Assembly (NCBI GenBank): GCA_038209745.1
Contig: JBBQXJ010000017.1
Coordinates: 1 to 62,613, forward strand
Origin: Verrucomicrobiota bacterium
GTDB taxonomy: Bacteria > Verrucomicrobiota > Verrucomicrobiia > Limisphaerales > CANJSG01
Direction: 5' to 3'
Length of the DNA: 62,613 nucleotides
Positions 39,339 to 47,951 of the stretch are shown here, in pieces. The notes under the pieces are model-generated. The model saw only the letters and a list, made by a program, of their open reading frames with translations. It did not search any database and was not told the origin of the DNA. How positions within the stretch are numbered: the first letter of the stretch is position 1; each line of letters starts with the position of its first letter. The translations under genes and the position numbers were made by a program.

Positions 39339-39408
39339 TTTTCCGCCCAAGCGCGGTCCGGACAGACCTCGCGTCGCCCGGGACCGTCCGGCCATAGTTC
39401 GACACCGC

Positions 39409-41217
39409 ATGAAGGAACTGTTCTCCAGACTCCTGCAACTGATCCGCCCCTACCGGCAACGCATGGTGCTCGGCATCCTGTGCGGCGTGGTCGCCGGCTT
39501 GATGAGCCCGCTGCTGATGGTCGCGGTGAAGCTGGCCTTCAATTTGATCTTCCCCGGCGAGGGCACTTCCTTGGCCGGCGAGATCAAGAGCCCGTTTCTG
39601 CAGAGCCTGGCCCACGCGGCCGAGCAATGGCTGCCCCAATCCGGCGGAGCGGGCCGTGGCATGGTCTTCCTCGCCATCGCGGCCATTCCGACCGTCATGT
39701 TCGTTCGCGGGATCGCCACCTACCTGAACAGCTATTTCCTGAACTGGGCGGCCATGCGGGCGATCAACGACCTGCGCATCCGGCTCTTCGACCATCTCCA
39801 CACCCTTTCGCAGGACTTCTTCAACCGCACCAGCACCGGTGAGCTGGTCTCCCGGATCTACAACGACACCTACCAGATCCACGCGGCGCTGAGCGGATCC
39901 ATCAGCGTCGTCGTCACGAAGCCCGTCGAGATCATCGCGCTGGCCGCCTTCCTCATCAGCCAGCAGCCGCGTCTGACCGTGATCTCCCTGACCGTGCTGC
40001 CGCTGTGCATCGTGCCCATCACCATCTTCAGCCGGAAGGTGCGCAAGAGCAGCGAAGGCGTCCACGCGGAGACCGCGAAGCTGGGCGACGTCATGCAGGA
40101 AGCCTTCACCGCGAGCCGCGTGGTCAAGGCCTACAACCTGGAGGCGACCGTCGGAGACCAGTTCCGCAAGGCCACCGGCCGCTATTTCGGCTACTGGATG
40201 CGCACCATCCGCAGCCTCGAACTGCCCGGCCCGATGATCGAGTTCTTCGGAGCCGTGGGCATTTCCATCATCTTCCTCATGATCTCCCGCGAGACGAAGG
40301 CACCGATGTTGGCGGGCGACTTCATCTCCTTCGTCGGCTCGCTCTTCCTGCTCTACCAGCCGGTCAAGCAGCTCTCCCGGATGCACGCGGAACTGCAACG
40401 GGCGCGCACCGCCAGCGACCGCGTCTATGAAATGTTGGCGTTGAAACCGACGGTGGCGGATCCCGTGTCGCCCAAGCCGTTGGTGGCTGCCGGCGCGGAC
40501 ATCGTCTTTGACCATGTCGGTTTCCGGTATGGGGAACGGTCCGCTCTGGAAGACTTCAACCTCACCATCCGCGCCGGCCAGGTGGTGGCGCTCGTCGGTG
40601 AAAGCGGCTCGGGCAAGACCACCGTCAGCAATCTGCTGCTGCGATTCATCGACCCGGCCGAAGGAGCGGTCCGCATCGGGAAAACCGATCTCCGGGAAGT
40701 CTCCCAACGAACGCTCCGCTCCCAGATCGCGATCGTCACCCAGGACGTGGTGCTCTTCAACGACACCGTTCGGCAGAACATCGCCTACGGCCGCCCCGGC
40801 GCCACGGAGGAGCAGATCCAGCATGCGGCCCAACTGGCCCACGCCCACGAGTTCATCCTCGAAAAGCCGGAAGGCTACGAAACGATCGTGGGCGAGAAAG
40901 GAGTCACGCTTTCCGGCGGCCAGCGCCAACGCATCGCCATTGCCCGGGCCATCCTGCGCGACGCGCCGATCCTGGTTTTGGACGAAGCGACCAGCGCCCT
41001 CGACAACGAGAAGGAACGCGCCGTGCAGGCCGCCTTCGACGAGTTGATGAAGGGCCGCACCACGCTCGTCATCGCCCACCGGCTCTCCACCATCCAGAAC
41101 GCCGATATGATCGTCGTCATGGACCAGGGACGCATCGTGGAAACGGGGCGCCACGAAGAACTCATCGGGCAAGGGGGCCACTATCAGAGACTGTATGCGC
41201 TCGAGTCCCGTGCTTGA
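39409..41217 (+). CDS. msbA: MsbA-like ABC exporter (TMD + NBD)
   Basis: GESGSGKT, LSGGQRQR, LDEATSALD, AHRLST; N-terminal TMD; LPS-type gene context. Confidence 0.8.
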   Translation: MKELFSRLLQLIRPYRQRMVLGILCGVVAGLMSPLLMVAVKLAFNLIFPGEGTSLAGEIKSPFLQSLAHAAEQWLPQSGGAGRGMVFLAIAAIPTVMFVRGIATYLNSYFLNWAAMRAINDLRIRLFDHLHTLSQDFFNRTSTGELVSRIYNDTYQIHAALSGSISVVVTKPVEIIALAAFLISQQPRLTVISLTVLPLCIVPITIFSRKVRKSSEGVHAETAKLGDVMQEAFTASRVVKAYNLEATVGDQFRKATGRYFGYWMRTIRSLELPGPMIEFFGAVGISIIFLMISRETKAPMLAGDFISFVGSLFLLYQPVKQLSRMHAELQRARTASDRVYEMLALKPTVADPVSPKPLVAAGADIVFDHVGFRYGERSALEDFNLTIRAGQVVALVGESGSGKTTVSNLLLRFIDPAEGAVRIGKTDLREVSQRTLRSQIAIVTQDVVLFNDTVRQNIAYGRPGATEEQIQHAAQLAHAHEFILEKPEGYETIVGEKGVTLSGGQRQRIAIARAILRDAPILVLDEATSALDNEKERAVQAAFDELMKGRTTLVIAHRLSTIQNADMIVVMDQGRIVETGRHEELIGQGGHYQRLYALESRA

Positions 41218-41265
41218 CGCGAATCGGGTTCAAACCGCTCCCGCGTCTCGCGGCGGGCTTACGAC

Positions 41266-42237
41266 ATGAAATCCAAATCTCAGGACGATGCCGGGGGAAT
41301 CGGGAAAACCGGCGACGATCCGGCGCTCTATCTGAGGCGCTTTTTCTTGATCGGCCTCGGCCTTGTCCTGTGCGTCGCGGCGATCAATGGGGTCGTCGAT
41401 CCCTACGACCGGTTTGGCCTGAACCGGCTCGGCGTGTTCGTTCCGGCGGAACGCGAGTTCAAGACCACCGAGGTCGAACGCTTTCCCCACGATTCTCTGC
41501 TCATCGGAAACAGCCGGGCCGCCGTGATTCCCGCTTCCGAACTGCGGCCCGGCCGTTTCTTCAACGCCGGTTTCGGTGGCGCGAGGCTGGATGAAATCGA
41601 GTTCTTTTTGGACGCCCATCTCAAGGGGCAGAAGACCGTGGTGCTGGGGCTGGATCCCTACCTTTTGGGGATGGACATCTATGTCGGGGACACGCTGACG
41701 CCCGGCGCGTCCCGCTTGCAGGAGACCATGGGCTACATCATCGGCAGCAAGACCCTGGAGTATTCCTGGAAGACGGTCTGGGATTCTCTCCGAGGCAAGC
41801 CGGCCCGATTGCAGGACGACGGGACGATCCGAAGCGATGGATGGCAAAGGCATCGTGAACTGGGGAATGGCGACTCAAACCAGGAACAGATCGAGGAAGG
41901 CCGAAGACTGCTGGGGCGGTTCGCGTATGGTCCGGAGCGGATGGAACGCTGTCGAGCGATCGGTCGACTGGTCCAGAGCCGTGGGGCACGCCTCTTTGTC
42001 TACTTGGGACCGGTCCATGAAGACGTCCTTCCGGTGCTTGAAGAGCCGCGAATCCGTTCCGACTGGAATCGGACGGTGAAGGAATGCCGGGAAATCTTTC
42101 CCGGCATCATCGATTTCACACGGGGTGACTTCAGCGGCCGCACCAATTTCTTCGAGACGTTGCACTTCGTCCCCGAGGTGGGGGTTTCATTGATCAACGA
42201 GCGGCTGCTGCCTGGGCCCGGTCAACCTGATCCGTGA
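41266..42237 (+). CDS. Second SGNH-like protein, paralog of 34461..35399
   Basis: VDPYDRFGLNRLG, REFK, FPHDSLLIGNSRA shared with the paralog; C-terminal ETLH. Confidence 0.72.
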   Translation: MKSKSQDDAGGIGKTGDDPALYLRRFFLIGLGLVLCVAAINGVVDPYDRFGLNRLGVFVPAEREFKTTEVERFPHDSLLIGNSRAAVIPASELRPGRFFNAGFGGARLDEIEFFLDAHLKGQKTVVLGLDPYLLGMDIYVGDTLTPGASRLQETMGYIIGSKTLEYSWKTVWDSLRGKPARLQDDGTIRSDGWQRHRELGNGDSNQEQIEEGRRLLGRFAYGPERMERCRAIGRLVQSRGARLFVYLGPVHEDVLPVLEEPRIRSDWNRTVKECREIFPGIIDFTRGDFSGRTNFFETLHFVPEVGVSLINERLLPGPGQPDP

Positions 42238-42263
42238 CGGAGCCGCCTCCGGTCCGTGGAAAC

Positions 42264-43856
42264 CTAACGGCGGAACCGCCATCCTCCACAAAACAGAGCC
42301 CAAGCCGCTCCCAGCCCGACACAGCTCCAGCCGAGCCAGTCGCCATTCGTCTGATAGAAGGTGGGCGTTGCGACGGGGCGCGGGATTTCCAGTTCCGCCA
42401 AGAGAATGCCCGGGGCGTAGATGCTGCCGAGTTCGTCCCGCAGGATCTGCCGGAGCCGGCCGAACTCGTCGATCCAGCAGGTGAGGCCGTTGTTCGTGCA
42501 GCGCACGAGCGGGCGGCGGTTTTCGACGGCGCGGAAGAGCGCGCTGGCCGCCTGTTGCCATTGCTCGGAACTTTCGCCGAACCAGCCGTCGTTGGTCAGG
42601 TTGAGCAGGAAATCGGTCTCCTTGGCGACCGAGCCGCGGGCCAGCGGGGCGAACATGTCCTCGAAGCAGATCAACGGCGACGCCGTGAACATCTCCTCTC
42701 CGGCGTGGATCGGGAACGCGCCCGGACCGTCGCCCGACGCGAAGCCGCTCCCGATCGGCGTGAGCCATTTCATGAAGGGCAGCCAGCGTTCCAGGGGAAT
42801 GTATTCGCCGAAGATCACGAGCTGGCGTTTGCGGTAGCTGGCGATCGGGCGGCCGTTCGTGTTCACCATGAAGGCGGCGTTGAAATACCGCTCCACCCCG
42901 TCGACCGAATCCCCGTCGTCCGCGCCGAAGAGCAACGGCACGCCGCCTTCCCGCAGCACGCCGACCAGTTCGAGGTAGTCTTCCCGGGAGATGCTGGGCA
43001 GCGAGGCTTCGGGCCAGACCACGGCGTCCGGCTGGTTCGTCAGGGCGGCACGGGTCAATTCCAGCAGCGCGTGGAAACGGTTGGTCGACTCGGCCGGATC
43101 CCAGATGAGGAGCTGCGGAATGCTCGGCTGCACCAGTGCCAGCTTCAGCGTGCGATGCTCGCTGGCCCCTGTCCGGATCGTCTCCATCCCTCCGACGTAG
43201 ACCGCCACCACGGCCAGCAGGGGCAGAAGGATTTCGCCCGACAAGGTCCGCCGTTTGCCCGGTTCCCGCAGCAGCACCGCCATGGCTCCGAGCAGGCAGG
43301 TGGAGAACCACACGATCAGAAACGTGACCCCGCCGACGCCCGTGATCGCCGCGAGCTGGATCAACGGCGTCAGCCGGAACTGGGATACGCCGAGATTGTT
43401 CCAGGGGAACCCGGACATCAGCCGGTTCTGCACCAGCTCCAAACCCGTCCATAGCGCCGCACAACCGAGCGCCCAGGCCTGGCGCCGCGCCCAGGGGAGC
43501 CGACCCAGCCGTTGGAGAGTCGTGCCGCCCGACTCCGCCGGCAGAGTTCTCCAGCAGAGCCATGCCCACAGCGCGGGATACAGCGCGACATAGGCGGACA
43601 GACAAAACCAGCCGCCGACCGCACCGGCCGGGAACGGGATGAAGAGGAGCCAGTGCAACATGCCCAGCCAACCCGCAAGACCGGCCCAGTAGCCGGCCAC
43701 GAAAGGTCTCGCTCCCGCTTGGGCGGCGAAGAGAACGAGCGCGGGCACCAGCCAGGCGAGCCCCGCGACTTCAGCGCCGGGAAACGCCAGCGTCCAGACC
43801 GCTCCGGTCAGGAGCGGGAGCCAAGCGGCCTTGAGAATGGAGGCGAACCGTTGCAA
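42264..43856 (-). CDS. lnt: Apolipoprotein N-acyltransferase
   Basis: GFPW, VWPEA, YRK..LVIFGEYIP, LICFED, LTNDGWFG, RAVEN; start uncertain (TTG 43856). Confidence 0.93.
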   Translation of the reverse strand: MQRFASILKAAWLPLLTGAVWTLAFPGAEVAGLAWLVPALVLFAAQAGARPFVAGYWAGLAGWLGMLHWLLFIPFPAGAVGGWFCLSAYVALYPALWAWLCWRTLPAESGGTTLQRLGRLPWARRQAWALGCAALWTGLELVQNRLMSGFPWNNLGVSQFRLTPLIQLAAITGVGGVTFLIVWFSTCLLGAMAVLLREPGKRRTLSGEILLPLLAVVAVYVGGMETIRTGASEHRTLKLALVQPSIPQLLIWDPAESTNRFHALLELTRAALTNQPDAVVWPEASLPSISREDYLELVGVLREGGVPLLFGADDGDSVDGVERYFNAAFMVNTNGRPIASYRKRQLVIFGEYIPLERWLPFMKWLTPIGSGFASGDGPGAFPIHAGEEMFTASPLICFEDMFAPLARGSVAKETDFLLNLTNDGWFGESSEQWQQAASALFRAVENRRPLVRCTNNGLTCWIDEFGRLRQILRDELGSIYAPGILLAELEIPRPVATPTFYQTNGDWLGWSCVGLGAAWALFCGGWRFRR

Positions 43857-43902
43857 CGCGGGGGAGTTTGCCCGGAGGCCGCAAACCGATACCAGCCCGC
43901 CG

Positions 43903-44763
43903 TCATGTGTCGCCGAACGGATTCGACTTCTTCGCCGCCCCCCGCGGTTTGGCGGCGGGCGCGTTTTCGAAGGGATTTCCCTCCGTTTCCGCCGGAGCTT
44001 CCCCACGATCGAACCGAAACACGGCCACTCCGAGAAAGACCCAGCCGACGACGAAATGGGCGGCGGCGACGAAGGCGAGGCCCGGGAGATCCACGATCCG
44101 CAGGGCATAGAGCACGAGCGCGAGGATCATCAACCCGCATCCGGGCATCAGCCCTGCGGCCGCCACTTTCCAGCAGCCCACCACGCCGATCTTTCGCCGG
44201 GCGATCAGCGCGACGATCCTCAGCGGCAGACAATACAGCGTCGCCAGGGCCGTCCAGACGCAGACCAGCCAAACGATCGTGGCCAAGATTGCGCCCGCGA
44301 GGACCAGCGGTTTCCACGCCGCCCATTTCGGACCGAGATGCGACGGGCCCAGCGCGATGGTTGTGTCTCGTGGATAAGATTGCTCCACGCAGCCGAGCAA
44401 CGAACACGCCTTCCATCCGGATCGGTGGAACAACAGCCGGACATCCGAAGGGTGCGTGTCCGGCAGCTGCGCGTCGGCGTCGACGTCGATGCTCAGAAAC
44501 GGGCTCGAGGCGGTGAACGTGCCGTCGAGACCGAACAGCTCGCCCAAGGAGAGGACCGCGCCCTCCGGCAGTTCTCCGGTGATCCGGTTGACCACCGGCA
44601 CGCACATCTGGGAGAGGAAAAAAACGACCGCGAACCCCGTGGCCACGGCGAAACAAAGGAGGACCACGTAGAGCCGGGTGAACGACGCCAAAGCGAATCC
44701 CGCCGCGCCTTTCGGCGTCAGAGGGAGCCATGGCTTCGAAAAAATCGCCCAGGTCATTCGCAC
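43903..44763 (-). CDS. Conserved hypothetical membrane protein
   Basis: N-terminal TM, periplasmic loop, several C-terminal TMs; ends with NPF motifs. Confidence 0.7.
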   Translation of the reverse strand: MRMTWAIFSKPWLPLTPKGAAGFALASFTRLYVVLLCFAVATGFAVVFFLSQMCVPVVNRITGELPEGAVLSLGELFGLDGTFTASSPFLSIDVDADAQLPDTHPSDVRLLFHRSGWKACSLLGCVEQSYPRDTTIALGPSHLGPKWAAWKPLVLAGAILATIVWLVCVWTALATLYCLPLRIVALIARRKIGVVGCWKVAAAGLMPGCGLMILALVLYALRIVDLPGLAFVAAAHFVVGWVFLGVAVFRFDRGEAPAETEGNPFENAPAAKPRGAAKKSNPFGDT

Positions 44764-44870
44764 CTGTTGGTCTAGCGGCCACCGGACGCCTTCGGCAAGA
44801 CCGCTGTGGGCGGAGGCGGCTTGCTTCCGGACCGGTCGCGGACGATGTTCCTTCCTCGACCCTGATGACC

Positions 44871-45335
44871 ATGAAGCCTTTTCTGACGATCCTCCTCGCC
44901 GCCACCACGCTGTTCCTTGCCGGCTGCGCCAGCAGCACGGTCGAGAGTCGGCGCATCGAAAAGACGGCCGCCTACAACTCCCTCCCGGCGGACCAACGCG
45001 CTCTGGTGGATCAAGGCCAGGTCCGGGTCGGAATGAACCAGGACGCCGTCTATATCGCCTGGGGCATGCCCCAGCAGAAAACCCAGGCCGAGGACGGCAA
45101 GGGCCTGAGCGAAACGTGGGTCTTCAACAGCTCCACGCTCGACACCTACAACTACTGGACCTTCCGCGAGCGCACCGATCCCAAGGGACGGAGCTACCTC
45201 GACCGCGTGATGGAGTCCGACAGCCAGATCAACAGCTACGTGTCGGCCGAGATCACCTTCTCCGACGGCGTCGTGAAAGCATGGCGGACCTTCCCCACCC
45301 CTCCCAGCCGCAGCGGCTTCCGGTCGCTCTACTGA
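44871..45335 (+). CDS. Lipoprotein (SmpA/OmlA-like fold)
   Basis: Lipobox LAGC; GQVRVGMNQDAVYIAWG.P...ETW. Confidence 0.8.
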   Translation: MKPFLTILLAATTLFLAGCASSTVESRRIEKTAAYNSLPADQRALVDQGQVRVGMNQDAVYIAWGMPQQKTQAEDGKGLSETWVFNSSTLDTYNYWTFRERTDPKGRSYLDRVMESDSQINSYVSAEITFSDGVVKAWRTFPTPPSRSGFRSLY

Positions 45336-45435
45336 GCGTGAACCAAGTTGATCGTTTCAAGCACTGGAGGAAGCTAAGTTCAACGGCCCTTGTTCTGGGC
45401 GAAAGTGAATTGGGAACAGTCCCGCTCCCCACGCT

Positions 45436-45774
45436 ATGCGAGGTATCGAGTATTTTCTGATTCGTTTCGGATTGTTCATTCTTATTGGCGGAGGCAGCGC
45501 TTAATTGCTGTGGTTTCTGATCCGTCATTTTGAGATCCGTGAGCATCGAGGACTGAATCTTGCCGGTGCATTGTTTGGGCTGGCTTACTTGTCTTTTCTT
45601 TCATGGTTTACCGGGAAGACGGCCGAACACATGGTGTTCGAGGATAGAAAACTGGGCGCTTCATTGAGGTTGGCGGTTTTGGATTTGCGCTTCTTTATGG
45701 GGTTTCTGCCATTTGTCGGCCGTTGGCTCATGCCGCCGTCGGACAAGAGGGACGATGACGACAAGACGGCCTAG
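45436..45774 (+). pseudogene. Cassette-like membrane protein gene with an internal stop codon
   Basis: MRGIEYFLIRFGLFILIGGGSA, TAA at 45502-45504, then in frame LLWFLIRH...DDDDKTA; AT-rich relative to host. Confidence 0.6.
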
Positions 45775-45854
45775 CTAGTCGATCCAGCGATTCAGCCGTC
45801 GCGGTTGCAATTGGCGCGCCTCGTGGCCGCGTCGCTGGGCTTGGGCCGTTGGCC
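45769..45854 (+). mobile_element. Degenerate integron attC-like site
   Basis: GCCTAGC (R''-like, contains the upstream stop), CAGCGA/TCGCTG inner complementarity, GTTGGCC (R'-like); next ATG at 45868. Confidence 0.55.
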
Positions 45855-45867
45855 TACTTCGCGCGCC

Positions 45868-46569
45868 ATGAACATATCCGACCTCAAAAGACCGTTTGGA
45901 GACGAGTATCCGGCCGCGGTAATGGTTGACGGAGCTCGGCTGCCGCTCCGCCGGGAGCGTCGGTTCTGGCGCAGCTACAAGTCGGATGAACACAAAATGG
46001 TCAGTCAGGTTTCTCGTTTCATGGACGGTTCGGCTTCGATCAGCGTTTCAGAGCTGCATCAGGAGTGGCCGGGTTGGACGGAGGATATGAGGTCGGATTT
46101 TTGTCAGTCGTCTGGTTGGCTGGACGAGCAGTCCGATTTTCCAGAGATGCTCCGCTTCATCATGCGGCATGGCGCCCCGGAGCACTGGTCTGCCATCGCC
46201 TTGAGCGTTGCATCGCGAGTTCCACGCAACGAGGCGTTCGATGTTCTTGTTGGCGCTTTGGGGAGCACGGAGATTGGGCTCGGCTCCAACATCGCCCAAG
46301 CAATCGGCCACACGAGGCACCCGGACGCAGAGGCTGCGCTTCGTAGACTCTTGGCAGTGCTGTGGTCGAATCCTTCACTGTGGGAGGAGGATGATTTCGT
46401 CAATTGGGTGGGTTTCGAAGTGACGACGTGCATTGAGCAGCTCATTGATGTGGTGGCTCCATCTTCTGATTTCACCGATCAGGTGCGTCGGCTTTCCGAC
46501 CATGTTTGTTCAGGCAACCGAGAGTCGTGCCGCAACTTCCTATCGAAGCACTATTCTTGGCTCAACTGA
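45868..46569 (+). CDS. Hypothetical cassette-like protein (helical, HEAT-like)
   Basis: Open frame with lower GC immediately after the attC-like site; AQAIGHTRHPDAEAALRRL. Confidence 0.65.
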   Translation: MNISDLKRPFGDEYPAAVMVDGARLPLRRERRFWRSYKSDEHKMVSQVSRFMDGSASISVSELHQEWPGWTEDMRSDFCQSSGWLDEQSDFPEMLRFIMRHGAPEHWSAIALSVASRVPRNEAFDVLVGALGSTEIGLGSNIAQAIGHTRHPDAEAALRRLLAVLWSNPSLWEEDDFVNWVGFEVTTCIEQLIDVVAPSSDFTDQVRRLSDHVCSGNRESCRNFLSKHYSWLN

Positions 46570-46628
46570 GAGCTGTGTGCGTGGCCTGGGCTAAACATGC
46601 GCCAAGCTCAGAGCCGATCCTCCATCGC

Positions 46629-46958
46629 TCAGCCGATCGCCACCCAGACTTCGCCGGCTTCCACTTTCGTCCGATACGACTTCACCGGTTTCTCCGGATT
46701 GCTGCGGCAGGCGCCCGTCTTCACGTCGAAGGCCCAGCCGTGGAGCGGGCAGTAGACGCAGCCGTTCTCCACATGACCGGCGCCGAGCGGGGCGCCTTTG
46801 TGGGAGCACTCGTTGTCGATGGCGAAGAACGCGCCGTCGAGATTGACCAGCGCGAGTTCGTGCCCGGCCATTTGAATGGTCCGGCACTGGCCGGGAGCCA
46901 GGCTGTCGGCGGTGGCGGCGCGGTGCCAGTGGGCGGCGGGGTCGGAGGCGGGAGTCAT
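46629..46958 (-). CDS. Rieske [2Fe-2S] ferredoxin (NirD-like)
   Basis: CSHKG and CPLHGWAFD ligand motifs. Confidence 0.93.
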   Translation of the reverse strand: MTPASDPAAHWHRAATADSLAPGQCRTIQMAGHELALVNLDGAFFAIDNECSHKGAPLGAGHVENGCVYCPLHGWAFDVKTGACRSNPEKPVKSYRTKVEAGEVWVAIG

Positions 46959-47407
46959 GGGCGGCGCTTCAGGATCTTCTCGATGGCGGCCTGCCGCGTT
47001 TGCCGGGCCAGCGCGAGCGCGCCTTTCCTGCCGTAGACGCGGACCGAGAACCGGCGCCGGGTGATCTCACCGGGACGGTCCGACCAGACGGCTTCGGCGT
47101 ATTCGTAAATGTAGTAGCGGCCGTTCCGTTTGGTTTCCTTCAGACAGATCCGGACCCCGCGTTTCGGATCGAGCAGGCGTTCGGCCTTGACCGTGGCCGA
47201 GGGTTTCAGCGTCTGCTCCAGGCGGTCGCGTTCGGCCATGGCGGCCTTCAGCGAGGCGGCTTCGCCACCGTGGCCGTGGTCGCCGATGTAGACCTGGGTC
47301 ATCTTCCCTTTGCGGGTGAAGCGAACGAGCCAACCACCCGTGGCGCGATCGACGGCGGGGTTGGCTTTGACGCGGGCGATGTTCCGCAGCTTGGGCGGGG
47401 CTTTCAC
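46955..47407 (-). CDS. Tandem AP2-domain-like basic protein
   Basis: GWLVRFTRKGK...GGEAASLKAAMAERD and GVR...AVW...RRRFSVRVYGRKGALALARQTR; GTG start overlaps the TPR stop. Confidence 0.65.
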   Translation of the reverse strand: MKAPPKLRNIARVKANPAVDRATGGWLVRFTRKGKMTQVYIGDHGHGGEAASLKAAMAERDRLEQTLKPSATVKAERLLDPKRGVRICLKETKRNGRYYIYEYAEAVWSDRPGEITRRRFSVRVYGRKGALALARQTRQAAIEKILKRRP

Positions 47408-47901
47408 GGAGTGGTGGCGGGCGGGGTGGACGAGCCGGTCGCCGACGGGTCGCCGTGGGGCTTGGCCTTCTTCCAGGGCATGTCGGGGAACTTGGTGGGG
47501 ATCTTCATGGCGGCCGGTTTGGGCTGGGCCATCTGGAGCTCGGGATCGCCCTGCGGCGCGGCCTTGGGATCGGGGGCCGCCATGTTCTCCTTCCATGAGG
47601 AAATGCGGGCCTGGAGGCCGTGGTGTTCGGCGGTCTTCTTGTCGCCGGACTTCATGTAGAAGAGGGAGAGATTCGTATGCACGAGCTGCTCGTTCGGGCG
47701 GAGCTTCTCGGCTTTGTGGCCTTCCTCGATGGCCCGGGCGAAGTCGCCCTTGCGATAGTAGGCGCCACCCAGAGCGAGGCGCGCGTCGAAGTAGTCGGGA
47801 TCCTCGGCCAGGACGGAATCCAGCTTCTCGATGGCGGCGTCGAACTGGCCCATGCTGAAGTCCAGCATGGCGTCGTCATATCGGTCTTGGAGCGACTGCA
47901 T
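47404..47901 (-). CDS. TPR protein
   Basis: AIEKL...DPDYFDARLALGGAYYRKGDFARAIEEG; NLSLFYMKSG. Confidence 0.88.
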   Translation of the reverse strand: MQSLQDRYDDAMLDFSMGQFDAAIEKLDSVLAEDPDYFDARLALGGAYYRKGDFARAIEEGHKAEKLRPNEQLVHTNLSLFYMKSGDKKTAEHHGLQARISSWKENMAAPDPKAAPQGDPELQMAQPKPAAMKIPTKFPDMPWKKAKPHGDPSATGSSTPPATTP

Positions 47902-47951
47902 ACGGCACTGTTGCGCGAAGCTCCGGGAGGTTCAAGGGGCCAGCCGGCGTT

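Noticed and set aside
46570..46628. Second attC site after the 45868..46569 gene
   Set aside because: No RYYYAAC/GTTRRRY pair or convincing inner complementarity is visible.
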